DNA from: Octopus vulgaris
Taxonomy: Eukaryota
Direction of reading: 5' to 3'
DNA: 64,000 nucleotides
Assembly (NCBI GenBank): GCA_951406725.2
Contig: OX597816.1
Span: forward strand, 163,370,001 to 163,434,000
Of this stretch, positions 28,112 to 41,317 are shown in pieces. A program made the position numbers and the translations under genes. The notes under the pieces are model-generated. The model did no database searches. It was given only the letters and a program-made list of their open reading frames with translations, and was not told where the DNA came from. Each line of letters begins with the position of its first letter. Position 1 is the first letter of the stretch.

Positions 28112-29062
28112 GACAAATTATAGACTTTGAGACGTGACGCTCATCAGAAAAGGCGCTTGTGTATTCCGAATGGCTTTTAGTTGGAAGCTATTTGATCGAT
28201 TTCTGATTAGTGTAGCGAGAAGTCTTCGCGGTGAGGGTTGGTGGACGAAGCGAGGTTGTATTTAATCATTATCCATGTTCGGCCGTCAAAGGACATGTTG
28301 GTCAAGTTCAAGTCTAAAGTGTAATACAATTAATCTATTGCGATTTGTTTTGATATGGGTGGTGGTAGGTGGAAATGGAGAGCTTAAGCATTTACGATAA
28401 TATGTATGATTGTGATGATCGGCCATTTTGTCGCGTAGTTTAGATGACATGATGTGACTAAACTGATATTTTTCTGTAAGGTTTATAGGCTTCCTTATTC
28501 ATTTATTCTTTCTTGCCTTTTCTTTTGTCTGTTTAGTGTTTCTTTTATGTGGCTGTAGTGTTCAGTTGGTGTCAGCCTTATTCTAACAAGTTGCCAGTTT
28601 TCAAAAGTTTTTCTATTGAAATTCTTTTTTGAAAGTAAGTCTTTTCTTGAATGAGAATGGAAAATGACACCGTGATGTGAAATGTTCAATTTCTACAAAT
28701 TGATATGGACTACGCGTTTATAATCATTCGTAGATGCCTGCATGTTTATCATACATAACATACAAGTACACTCCCTTCCCTTCCCAATATTGACACGCGA
28801 AACAAAGGTCAGAGTTAGTGTTCACCTGCAGACATAGGTAGATACTTTTAATGATAAGCAACAGATATTCTCCTGAGTCATAGAGATTAGATCACATCAA
28901 AGTGACATCTCACATCACAGGATCAGGTATAGTGCAATTCTAATTAGTTATCACCTTGGTCCTGACTAAGACATGAAATTGAATACGCCGGGGAGGCGTC
29001 AGTTTGGGAGTTCAGGAGTTTGGGGAAATGTAGAGTTACCTCTTATACCTTATAATTTTTTT

Positions 29063-29362
29063 TTCGTTCCTTCTCGAGCCACACCTGGCTCATAAGGGCC
29101 GGTTTCCCGGTTTCCTTGGCGTATAGGTTCCCCACCTGGACGGGACGCCGGTCTGTCGCAGGTGAGCTGCAAGATGCAAGAGGAAAGAGTGAGAGAAAGT
29201 TGTGGCGAAAGAGTCACCAGAAGTTCACCATTACCTTCTACCGGAGTCGCGTGAAGCTTAGGTGTTTCGCTCATAAACGCACACATCACCCGGTCTGAGA
29301 TTCGAACCCGCGATCCCTCGACCGCGAGTCCACTGCTCTAACCACTAGGCCATGTGCCTCCA
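29063..29362 (-). mobile_element. SINE family C, full length
   Basis: tRNA-like head with A box (ggcctagtggttagagc) and B box (ggttcgaatct) on minus. Confidence 0.9.
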
Positions 29363-29625
29363 CAGTCCTTATAATACCAGTTATGAGCTCAATGCGAAAT
29401 AGCTTTTGGCTGAGATATACAGGATTTAGTGGAGAACTGTCTAGTGGCATTTGTGCATGGACATGCCCTTCTGTTTGAGTGTTAATTGGACCCTGGGTTT
29501 CAGGTGTATCTCGGGAAAGCAAAGGACTCGCAGCGGAACTTGCCAGCAAACGAGTAAAGGCCGGGGTAAAGTACTGTTTTGTCAATCCCGAGGAACATTA
29601 TGAATCTTTAGATTTCTGCATAGAG

Positions 29626-29666
<41 letters not shown>

Positions 29667-29902
29667 CGTCGATGCTTTTACACGTGACACATATGAAGGG
29701 GAGAGAAGGAGAGAAAGAGAGAGAGAGAGACATGGAGATGGAGAGAGAGAGGGAGAAAATTGTCACATTTACTGAGAACTGCTTTTCACTTGGATCTCCA
29801 AGCACTTCGTTAAATTTATGCCGATTGAAAAATACTTGTTTGCGTGTGGGTGTGTGTAGGTGTGGGTGTGTGCGTGTCTGTGCGTGAGCGCCCGCATGTG
29901 TG

Positions 29903-29952
<50 letters not shown>

Positions 29953-30120
29953 GTAATGCAATACGAGAGTATTGCTTCCCAGTAAAGAATACCCCGTGAG
30001 GGAAAATTATACATAGAAGTAAATATATGGCACAACGAAGTACCGATATTTACTGGAAAATAGCGAACGTAATAAATACGACGCTAATGTATAGCTTCAC
30101 TGCGTATGTACTAGCAAAAA

Positions 30121-30397
30121 TGCGTGTGTGCAACAAACTTGAAAAAATTTATTTCTTCACTGTTCTCATTCTGTCAACGTTTTGGCGTTTCAGTCGAGTG
30201 TATTGGCATTGATGTGGCAACATTTGAAATGTTGTCGAGGTATATGTTGGCTGATGAAGATAAATCAAGTATATGTGTGCAGACATATCTTGAAAAATCT
30301 GAAACCGGTACCACATTATCCCTTTCTAGGTATTTCATCTGAAAGATGTTCTCCCTGGAGGTAAGACAATTTTTTTCAAGTTTGTTGCACACACGCA
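30121..30397. mobile_element. 277-bp element with ~29-bp terminal inverted repeats enclosing a hammerhead
   Basis: tgcgtgtgtgcaacaaacttgaaaaaa / ttttttcaagtttgttgcacacacgca. Confidence 0.75.
30244..30316 (+). ncRNA. Type I hammerhead ribozyme motif, canonical core
   Basis: ATGTTGG-CTGATGA-AGAT...ATCT-GAAA-CCG-GTA-CCACAT; stem II extended by TCAAG.ATATG/CATAT.CTTGA; palindrome ACCGGT; predicted cut after 30310. Confidence 0.85.
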
Positions 30398-30488
30398 ATA
30401 GTCCGGATACTTATTGATCATACCACGCATCTATATATATACACATAGATACATAAATACATACATACATATACACGTATATAAATGC

Positions 30489-30538
<50 letters not shown>

Positions 30539-31032
30539 GTATATGTATATATGATTTTTATATATGTATCATACATATATGTATATATATATATATATAC
30601 CAATTCCATCCTGTGCCTCGCCGCGATATCTGTACGGACGCATGTGTGCATTATAGGAAGAAACTACTAAAGCTGAATATGTGACGAACATCGTAATCGC
30701 ATATGTGTAATACTTTTCATCATAGACTGTTTTAAACCTCTCAATGTATTTTCTAAAACCTTTAGTATTATAAATGTTGAAATGTTCGTGTTAAGAGCAG
30801 GTGACTTCACTTGCTATCCTTACATTGCTTCTTTTTTTCTTTTTATGCTATAATAAACTATTTTATAACAGAAATAGATTGCGTGCTTTTTTCTTTCTAC
30901 TTTTCCTTTGCAAAAAGTTGGAGTTTTTCTTTTTTCTTTTTTACTATTTATATATTACTTCTACTGAAACAGATCCATGTTTGTGCGTACATATATGTAT
31001 ATGTGTGTGAGCGTGTGTGTATGTATGTGTGA

Positions 31033-31079
<47 letters not shown>

Positions 31080-31126
31080 TTTGTGTAACAAGGCTGTATA
31101 GATATTAGCGCATTTATAGATAGAAG

Positions 31127-31181
31127 GTCTTACAGCTGTTTCTAGAATATTAATTTATAATAACATCCCTTCATCGGAGAC
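31127..31181 (-). ncRNA. Type I hammerhead motif, U4C variant
   Basis: Minus strand GTCT-CCGATGA-A-GGGATGTT...AATATTCT-A-GAAA-C-AGCT-GTA-AGAC; palindrome ACAGCTGT. Confidence 0.7.
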
Positions 31182-31232
31182 AGTGTTAGATATGTATGTA
31201 TGTATATATATTAATATATAATATATATATGC

Positions 31233-31296
<64 letters not shown>

Positions 31297-31385
31297 TAAT
31301 CCAAACACGAAACCACAAAAAAAACACAACAACGCGAGGATGTGGAACAAATATAGTATTATTGGACGCTCAGGAAAGAAGGAGG

Positions 31386-31420
31386 GTCTAACGTTTCGAG
31401 CGGAGCTCTTCGTCGGAAAC
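31386..31420 (-). ncRNA. Minimal hammerhead-like motif (U4C) in a Penelope-like pLTR (about 31290..31495)
   Basis: Minus strand GTTT-CCGACGA-A-GAGC-TCC-GCTC-GAAA-C-GTT-AGAC; same family as 16452..16487. Confidence 0.6.
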
Positions 31421-32500
31421 ATAGGAGAAGGAAAGATCCAGAGAAGGGAAGACAGAGGGAAAAAATCGCCAACGGTACACACGCGGTCACATTTTGAATA
31501 TATATATACATATAAAAATATGCATACATATACGTATTGATACATATATGTGTGTGTGTGTGCATGTGTTTGTTTGTTTGTGTGTGAGTATATATTATGC
31601 ATATATATATACGTGTAGCATATAAAGTAAAGAAATGAAGTATCTGAGACAAAACATTTCAGCTAGAGCCGTTTATATAGTCACTTCAAATTATTAATTT
31701 ATCCACTTTGCTAATTTCATATAATAACATTTTCAGTGTGTATATTGATTTAATTTAAGTCTGGCCAGCGTTCGCACAAGTCAGAGAAAGTCTTATTTGC
31801 TGATCTTTAAATCAGAACGGAGATTTTGACTTATCTAGTAACGTTCGAGAGTGTCCGACATTGAGGAGATCAAATTAAATGGAAACACCGGGGTCTGACA
31901 ATTCTCCGACGACATTCTAAGCAATCTTCTTCTTCTTCTTCTTCTTCTTCTTCTTCTTCTTCTTCTTCTTCTTCTTCTTCTTCTTCTTCTTCTTCTTCTT
32001 CTTCTTCTTCTTCTTCTTCTTCTTCTTCTTCTTCTTCTATCTCTACGATTCTCTATTCCTCACTCGACCTGCAACTTATATCTTAACTCTCTCTGAACCT
32101 CTCTTATGTTCCTTTCTCTCTGTCTCTCTATGAGAGGTAAAGCCTGACTCAAGAATTAATCAACCAGCCAATAGCATTTGTATCGGGTATTATTATGCTG
32201 AGACGATATGCAAATGTGTAAAAATAATCATTGAATAATGCAATAACTTGTTAAGATTCCCAAAATTATTTAATTACTCATGAGAAAGAAGACCACTGGT
32301 AAACCAATGGTTTGTAATAGAAACAATGAAAATGTTGGCATCATCAGTGAACAAATACGGATTCGGTTTTCCCTTAAAGATTAAAAGATAATTTAAACGT
32401 TTCGGAAGTTAGTCGTTCCTCAAATGAAATCGAAAAACGTAGAGTGGAGTCAAGAATAAACAGAGAAGTGGGACGGAAATACAAGAGAAAGATAGTATAA

Positions 32501-32590
<90 letters not shown>

Positions 32591-32762
32591 GTATGTGTGT
32601 GTGTATGTATTTATATATACATATATATATATATATACACATATACGCATACATATACATACCCCAGTGGCCGAAGTCTAAACACACGCTTGAAACACAG
32701 AGTATCAAGGCACCTCTGAATCAATCTATTTTGATCTCTCTCTCTCTCTCTCTTTCTCTCCC

Positions 32763-32793
<31 letters not shown>

Positions 32794-32794
32794 G

Positions 32795-33215
32795 GGATTC
32801 ATATGAATTAGGCACTTAAGTTGAGGCACTAGAATTTAGTACGGTATTATCTATAGAGTTTCAAAATAAGGTGATTAAAATGAATATTAGCAAAAAGATA
32901 TCAATTTAAATGCAGAGCAATCCTCAGCTGCATAAATACATAGAATTAAATTAAATTAAAACAGATGAACACATTAGTATAATTTTACGCAAAACTTTCC
33001 AAGATGGTAAGGAAATAGACAAAGAACATGTTGTCTTCACTTCAGCTTATACTAATGTGTACATTTGTTTTAATTTAATTCAATTCTATGTATTCATGCA
33101 GCAGAGGATTGCTTTGCATTTAAAATTGATGCAATGGTTGCATTGTTCAATTAAATGGAGTTGCATGAAACGATCGTACTGCATTACCTCTGGATATCCT
33201 GTTGCTTATTTTGAT
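32795..33215. mobile_element. Inverted pLTR-type element (arms 32900..32982 / 33047..33130)
   Basis: Right part matches 5360..5497; 32795..32878 is the reverse complement of about 5505..5590. Confidence 0.75.
33096..33184 (+). ncRNA. Type I hammerhead motif (U4A in this arm)
   Basis: ATGCAG-CAGAGGA-TTGC...GCAT-GAAA-C-GATC-GTA-CTGCAT; 6-bp stem I; the inverted arm retains canonical CTGAGGA. Confidence 0.75.
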
Positions 33216-33235
33216 ATATATATATATATATATAT

Positions 33236-33336
<101 letters not shown>

Positions 33337-33638
33337 GATAGATAGATATAGATGTAGATATATAGATATATGTATATGTATTTATATTTATATACATATA
33401 GTTGAAATTTATAGAAAAACAAAAAACAAAATACGAAGACAGTTGTACGAACAACAAGCAAGTGTATTAGTTTGACGATCTGGAAAATTAAAAAAGTCTT
33501 TTACGTTACGAGCCTAAGCTCTTCTACAGAAAGGAATAAGAGAAAATAGAGAGAGAATAAAAATCTTTGAGATTTCAGCGGTCCAGCATGGCGAATATAT
33601 ACATAAATGCATACATACACACAGACACACACACACAC

Positions 33639-33741
<103 letters not shown>

Positions 33742-34402
33742 TTTATATATATCTTGTTTGCAAGATATATATAAATTATTGTAATGTTAGTGATGTTGAT
33801 ATTCATAGTGGCAATAATTGTGTTACTACTGTTGTTGTTGTTGTTGATTTTGTGACGTTGAAACCTTTCGTGGTTTTCCTGGTGGTGATGATGATAATGA
33901 TGAGGATAATGATGATGAAGGTGGGGGAGGAGGCGGAGGAGAGGAAGAAGGGAAACAAAAATAAAAGGGAAGAATGTTCAAAGAGTGTGTGGGTATCTGT
34001 GCTTGTGAATGAGTGTGATAAAGGGAGACGGGAGAAGGAGTGTATGTGTGTATTGTGTGTGTGTGTTCATGTGTGTTCATGTGTGTGTGTGTGTGTATGT
34101 GTGTGTGTGTGTGTGTGTTTCAAGAAAGTTTCAATATGTCATTATCCAGTTTCTCTATTTAAAGGTTTCGCGAAGAAACGAAATTTACAACGAAATTTGA
34201 AACCTGAATCGATGGAGAACTTTTCCAGTTATTTCCGAGCAAACATAGTGACAAATCCACACTCCCATCCATTCATTCCTCAAAGAAGAAGAAGAAGAAG
34301 AAGAAGAAGAAGAAGAAGAAGAAGAAGAAGAAGAAGAAGAAGAAGAAGAAGAAGAAGAAGAAGAAGAAGAAGAAGAAGAAGAAGAAGAAGAAGAAGAAGA
34401 AG

Positions 34403-34612
34403 AGCAATCGGATCACTGCACTTTGTTGCTTCTGGGGTGGCCATATTTACATTGTAAAGCCAGAAAAAAAAGACAGCGTGATCGGGCTTAAACTTCGATC
34501 ACGTGACCACAATAGTACCGACTATAAGCACGCATGCGCAGAAGACGGTGTGACAATAAAGATATGTTATGGCGAAAGGACAGATAATCTTTGACTCTTT
34601 GACTTCCCCTCG
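34403..34612 (-). mobile_element. Mariner 5' end (TIR plus 5' UTR)
   Basis: Ends tttgacttcccctcg|TA; aligns with both ends of 51115..52045. Confidence 0.85.
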
Positions 34613-34648
34613 TATATACATACATAAACACAGACACACGAATATGCA

Positions 34649-34690
<42 letters not shown>

Positions 34691-34815
34691 TAGCTTACTG
34701 ATTCGTTGAGCTAAGATCAATAAAAATAGCATTCCATCTAGTGAGAAATAAATATCCTATATAAGCATGTATGTATGTTTGTTTGCATGTATATGCACAT
34801 ATATGTATATATATG

Positions 34816-34852
<37 letters not shown>

Positions 34853-34855
<3 letters not shown>

Positions 34856-35070
34856 CGTGATCACCGTGACCGACAAGGCTATCAGATGTTGCTACACATC
34901 GCTGGTCACAATGCGCTTCACATTGTTTTAGCCTTCAAATGACGCCACCCCGCTGGCTAAGCGAGCAGGCCAACAGAAGAAAGAGTGAGAGAAAGTTGTG
35001 GCGAAAGAGTACAGCAGGGATCGCCACCCCCATCACCCCTGTCGGTGCCACGTGGAGCTTTAGGTGTTTT
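34853..35070 (-). mobile_element. SINE family C, 3' part with a different tail
   Basis: gaaagagtgagagaaagttgtggcgaaagagtacagc core. Confidence 0.75.
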
Positions 35071-35189
35071 TAATTAACGCAACCAAATTTCCAATAATAT
35101 ATTTGTTTTATCCTTTTCTGCCAATTTTTCCAAATATTCTCATCATACTATTGAACTTCTCTGTTACCAAACACTATATTTATACATGT

Positions 35190-35332
35190 AATGTGACAAT
35201 TTTGTATAAAAAAACATTTTTGAATTCATAATATCCAATGTGACAATTATGTAAAAAACTTTTTTGAATGCATAATATTCAATGTGACAATTATGTAAAA
35301 AACTTTTTTGAACCCATATTATTCAATGTTAC
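35190..35332. repeat. Minisatellite, ~44-47 bp unit x ~3
   Basis: aatgtgacaatt.tgt.aaaaa..ttttttgaa..cata.tat.c repeated. Confidence 0.85.
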
Positions 35333-35411
35333 TTTTGACAATCTTTTACCAAAGAGTGAAACCGGTTAAGTAAATAAACATCGTTTAAATTGCATTTTCA
35401 AACCTTTTTTG

Positions 35412-35464
<53 letters not shown>

Positions 35465-35543
35465 TATTTGTAATTTAATTGTTCATTTTGAATTGGTAAA
35501 AGGTGGGTTTTTTTCTAATTTTATATATATATATATATGTATG

Positions 35544-35618
<75 letters not shown>

Positions 35619-35622
35619 ATAC

Positions 35623-35655
<33 letters not shown>

Positions 35656-36791
35656 GTGGTTCGTATGTATAAGTATGTATGAACAATGAACATTAGTATG
35701 TGTCAGCGTATGTACCTTTCCACATTCATCTGTCTGAATATTTGTGGAGAACTGGTTTAAAATATTGTCTTCGGAGAAATTACGGACCAACGGAATGAAA
35801 GCCATTAGTCTCTAAGTTGTTGGGCAAATGACAAAAGAATTTACCCCAAAATAAGGATCACGTCACTCTCTGTATTTCACAGGTTTCTTAATTATGCAGG
35901 AAGCCATAATTATAAGGTGTAAAATTACTTTTGCTGTTCACGAATGCCTTCAGCTGGTATCGAACTCATAAACCTTAGAGCCAGAAATTCTACTAGGTTA
36001 TTTATATCCCGAATTCCATTTGGCTGTTTTGGTATTTGGGGAAAGAAGGAAGCGGTATACGATATACAGTATACATAGTGGGGAGAATGCGCGTGGATAC
36101 GCGTGTATTTATACGCACGTAAATATGTATGTATGTGCGCATGCCTGTATATACCTGTGTTTTTACGCACGTGTCTGAGTGTGTATATATGTAATACAAG
36201 TACATCAATGTGCATATAAGTGTGTATATAGTGCGTTTATGTAAAAATACGCTCATTTATATGTAAATATACGTTTGTTTATGTGTATATTTATCAGTAA
36301 ATAGATGCGTGTGCGTGTGTGTATACATATATCTGTGTTTTTTTCAATAAAAGTGTATATGTGTATCACTGCGTGTGGCTTTCTTTACGTGTGAATGTCC
36401 AGGTATCTATACGTTCATAGGTATGTGTGTATACACGTGTATGTTTCTGCGTATAATCATGTATGCGTCTATATGCACATTTGTGTGTGAATACATATCA
36501 GTGGTTGTGTGCGCATAAATGTGTATGTATGTGTAATTGTTTACATGTGTCTATGTACGTGTTTATAGGTGTGTGTGTGTATAGGTGTATGTATATCTAT
36601 GTATTTATATGTATTCCTGTGAATAAAGATATACCCGAGTGGCCTTACGATAATGATTTGGGTTTCATTGGTAATTCTCTCTAAGATGAAGTTATTCCCA
36701 ACAGCACATACAAGTGCATGTGTGTCCCAGTAATCAACGAAAATACATACATACAAACATACATACATACATACATACATACATACATACA

Positions 36792-36822
<31 letters not shown>

Positions 36823-36980
36823 GTACTTATATATATTCATACTTATATATAAACGTACATATACATACACATACATATATAGATACATGTAAGCATAAAT
36901 ATATACATAGAGAGAGAGACATGCACACACATACACATACACGCACACACGCATAAACATATTTATATACATATTTATAC

Positions 36981-37012
<32 letters not shown>

Positions 37013-37044
37013 GTGTGTGTGTATGTGTGTGTGTGTGTTTATAT

Positions 37045-37200
37045 AAATAAGGATAAGATCGATATTTAAATACCAATCTTATCAAGTGGCCAGCATGGAA
37101 TAAAAACCTTTCAAAGGTAATAATTATTATTAAAATTATAATTTAGGGTATCTAAGAGATACCACTAAGCTGGAAATAGCAGCCAAAACTTGACTCTAAA
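37045..37200. mobile_element. Dispersed repeat, probable Penelope-like pLTR 3' end; second copy 42965..43069
   Basis: About 100 bp shared (aaataaggataagatcg..ttcaaaggtaataattattattaaaattataatttagggt); both abut TA runs. Confidence 0.6.
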
Positions 37201-38387
37201 ACCACATTAAATATTCATACAGCATCAGGAGAGAAGACAAAAAGACAAAATAAACTATCTAACTATATATATATATGTGCGTGTGGTTTTTTGTTCAACA
37301 CGTAGTAAAGTAACAAAGCACTTGATCACTTAAGAGAGTAAGATCCTTACTAAGGCTAGAACTCATTAACGGATCGAAAAGATGTTCTGTGTGTTCAGTT
37401 GAAAATCTTTAAGAACCTAAATACCTTAAAGGACTATAAATGCAAAGAGCGAAATTTTCTCATCGTGTCCGTGTTTTACAAAGTATATTTTAGCGGGAAT
37501 TGAAGATTTACAAAATGTTTACCCATCGTAAGACCCTGTCTATATTTATTGTTCAGTGAAGTATCTTCCCTTTGATCTTAGAGTCTCGCTTTTTCAAACC
37601 ACGTGCGTTCATTTAAACTTCGCTTTACTTAATTAAACGCAGCTTCTAAACCACCTTAATGACATCATCAACTTGAGAATGGCGAAATAAAATTCAAATT
37701 TCACCAGCAAATCCTGTGTAGTTGAAATTTACAAGGATTGTTTGCGTGTGATTGAGTATTTGCTGCTGTTGTTCTTGTGTTGTTGTTGTTGTTGTTGTTC
37801 TTTTTTCTTCTTCTTCTTCTTCTTCTTCTTCTTCTTCTTCTTCTTCTTCTTCTTCTTCTTCTTCTTTGAGGAATGAATGGATGGGAGTGTGGATTTGTCG
37901 TAAAATATACGAAGCCCAGTATACCCATCATGACTACCCGTCTGATCAAGGTACACCAGGCACATGCATCACAACCATATGTGCATGACATGGTGATCCC
38001 ATATCAAGATAAACAGCGCATGGCATTGCAGGTGGGGCCCAGTTAGAATTTTCTTCTGGTCGAATAACCCACCCCGCTCAAAAGGTCCCTGAATAAGGGT
38101 TCTTTAAGGATGTTGAACGAAACACCCATGTTTCCAGAGGTGAATTATTCAAACCCCAAAGAATCCCTCTCAACACATGGCTATGATGCTCCGCCACTAC
38201 TTCTGCTCGTGAACAGAGATGCACATACCGTCAGTCACTAAGCGACCTGCTCAAATGGTTATGGTCAAACAACTGACAAGCAAATCTGTGGTATTGAGTA
38301 GAATATTTGCTGTAGCTCATCTTTTATACCAAGTATTGAGCAGAATATTTGCTGTAGCCCATTTTAATACCATTATTATTATTATTA

Positions 38388-38449
<62 letters not shown>

Positions 38450-38599
38450 ATCACTTTATTAATTTTGTTTTCATATCTTGCCGAGTGTCTTCTCGACACC
38501 TTGGGCAAAGAAACTCAGTGCATACATTTGTAAGTCATTTACAAACTAAAGTTATGTGGGAAAAAAGAAAAAAGATAAATTTACATGAGTTGTATTCGT

Positions 38600-38872
38600 T
38601 CCCAAAGGGACGATGCTCTTCTTAATACCTGTGACGTACCAATTAAGACAATCTCTTGCACGTCTTGCAAAGATGGTAAGCCTGAGATCAGTCTCAAATA
38701 ATTATGAGTTCCTTTCTTTGATCATTCCAAGTGCTCCTACAATTACTGGTTTCGTAACCGTCTTGAGATGTCACATTTTTTTGATTTCAATGAAGAAATC
38801 ATATTTTCTGAGATTGTCAAATTCTTTTGCCGAGATATTATGATCACAAGGAAATACTCATGTCAATAAATC
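38600..38872 (-). mobile_element. R4/Dong-like LINE C-terminal REL fragment
   Basis: Minus strand (with frameshifts) PCDHNISAKEFDNLRKYD..IEIKKM*HLKTVTKPVIVGALGMIK..LPSLQDVQEIVLIGTSQVLR. Confidence 0.85.
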
Positions 38873-39226
38873 AATCGATCAATAAATTGTTGTTGTCGTT
38901 GTTGCTGCAGTTGTTGTTGTTGTTCTTGTTACATAGTTGATTTTTATTACGTCATTTTAATATGAAACATTTTTAACACATTGTTATGATGCTGATGTGG
39001 AGTTGCTTCGACGTTTCTATTGTGTTGCCATAAAGTTGTTTGTAAGGTTGCTATGAATTGACTGCACAGCAGACATGCGTTTCCACTATGGCATCGATTT
39101 TTAAATTCACTCCTTCAGGTTATTTTGTTATGACCGTTGCAATGGAGCAATTTCGAAGCTTTTATAACTACACCATAACGATCTTATGACATATAATGAG
39201 AATTACTACAACTAATTATTATTATT

Positions 39227-39318
<92 letters not shown>

Positions 39319-39380
39319 CATTATTATTATTGATTTGATTTGATTTGATTCAGGTTCGTTCTTTTTCCTGATATTATTAC

Positions 39381-39443
<63 letters not shown>

Positions 39444-40015
39444 CATTATTATTATATTCATTTATTGGGCCAAGGACTTTATACTTTATTTCATTCTAGA
39501 CTTTGTCATTCTAGACTTTGACAGAACAACAATGTGAAATGGATTCTGTATCTAGTTTCAAGAACAAACAACTGAAGCATATCATATGATAGGACAGACA
39601 TAGCTTTTTTTTACAACTGCAATGGCTCAGTAAATAAAGCAATAATTTAATACTTCCTATAACGCCATTACCTTGGTAAATAGAAATGATTATTGACAGA
39701 CAACGTCTCGTAAATTACACGCCCACATAATGCACATATACCTATGTATACACATGTTTGTGTTATATATATATGTATATATATATAATTATTCAATATA
39801 GGGTGGCAAAAAAAATTTTGTAGAATTTTTTTGCCACCAGCGGCCTAGTGGGAAAAAATTAAATAGTCATAAACCATTTTTAAGTTCAACATCACAATCA
39901 AGGAACGGCCATAATAGGCCATTCACCCACTAGAAATAACAGCCAAAAGCTTCAACCGCAAAATAACATCAATTCCGTAAACCAGGAGAAAATTAAAAAA
40001 AACATTTACCCTGTA

Positions 40016-40122
40016 ATTTCTTATACGATGCACCGTTTCGTCTACTGTTTAATGGTAAACTAACCTGATTAAATTAAATCAAGCCAATCTACCATAGGCC
40101 CTTAGATTCATCAGTAAGAAAT
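40016..40122 (-). ncRNA. Type I hammerhead ribozyme motif, canonical core
   Basis: Minus strand ATTTCTTA-CTGATGA-ATCTA...TAGAC-GAAA-CGG-TGCA-TCG-TA-TAAGAAAT; 8-bp stem I, 4-bp stem III, GUA triplet. Confidence 0.88.
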
Positions 40123-40506
40123 AGCCAAGTCGGAACAGATATTTTTCACGAGGCATTCCCGTCCCTGCCTCGGCAATATCTGACCTAAAATTTTCAAATC
40201 ATCGCACTCGCGCCAAATTTATCGGCAGCAAATAAATATAAGCCGCCGATTCCATTACGGAATTAACCAGAAAATTCATAATTAATCAATATAGGGTGGC
40301 AAAAAAATTTTGTAGAATTTTTTTGCCACCAGCGGCCTAGTGGGAAAAAATTAAATAGTCATAAACCATTTTTAAGTTCAACATCACAATCAAGGAACGG
40401 CCATAATAGGCCATTCACCCACTAGAAATAACAGCCAAAAGCTTCAACCGCAAAATAACATCAATTCCGTAAACCAGGAGAAAATTAAAAAAACATTTAC
40501 CCTGTA

Positions 40507-40613
40507 ATTTCTTATACGATGCACCGTTTCGTCTACTGTTTAATGGTAAACTAACCTGATTAAATTAAATCAAGCCAATCTACCATAGGCCCTTAGATTC
40601 ATCAGTAAGAAAT
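40507..40613 (-). ncRNA. Type I hammerhead ribozyme motif, second tandem copy
   Basis: Identical to 40016..40122, offset 491 nt. Confidence 0.88.
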
Positions 40614-40774
40614 AGCCAAGTCGGAACAGATATTTTTCACGAGGCATTCCCGTCCCTGCCTCGGCAATATCTGACCTAAAATTTTCAAATCATCGCACTC
40701 GCGCCAAGTGTATATATATATATATATATATGCATATATATATATATACATATACATATATGCGTGTGTGTGTG

Positions 40775-40930
40775 TTTGTGTGTCTGTGTTTGTCCCCCCA
40801 ACATCGCTTGACAACCGATGCTGGTATGTTTACGTCCCCGTTACCTGGCGGTTCGGCAAAAGAGACCGATAGAATAAGTACTAGGCTTACAAAGAATAAG
40901 AACTGGGGTCGATTTGCTGACTGAAACAAG

Positions 40931-40934
<4 letters not shown>
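40775..40934 (+). mobile_element. SINE family A, 3' half with internal deletion
   Basis: Tail jumps from gtcgatttgct to gactgaaacaag. Confidence 0.85.
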
Positions 40935-40964
<30 letters not shown>

Positions 40965-41254
40965 ATTACCATAATTTATTTGTATCTGTCATTGAACACC
41001 AGCCATGCTGGAGCGCCACCTTCAAGGGTGGCCTTTTCAGTCAAAAACAAAATCGACTCCAGTTCATATTTCGAAATCTGGTAAATATTCTGTAGCTAAT
41101 TAATCTCTGTGTTGCAAGTGAGTAAACAGACCAACCCCGGTTCTTAAGCGCTTGGTGGAGAAAAAACACATGTATGCATGTATGTATGTATGTATGTATG
41201 TATGTATGTATGTATGTATGTATGTATGTATGTATGTATGTATGTATGTGTGTT

Positions 41255-41317
<63 letters not shown>

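Larger units (their letters stand above)
39785..40707 (-). mobile_element. Partial tandem repeat (~1.9 units, period ~491-493 bp) with one hammerhead per unit, flanked by TA runs
   Basis: 39785..40216 is near-identical to 40278..40707 apart from homopolymer lengths and one substitution near the start; 61-bp unique linker. Confidence 0.9.

Noticed and set aside
29280-29362. tRNA-like sequence
   Set aside because: It is the head of a multi-copy SINE; no complete cloverleaf.
32392-32430. Minus-strand GGAA/TTCC stem followed by GAAACGTT
   Set aside because: The core has three mismatches to CUGANGA.
35190-35332. Regularly spaced repeats as a possible CRISPR array
   Set aside because: Whole units are repeated with no unique spacers, no cas genes, and the context is eukaryotic.
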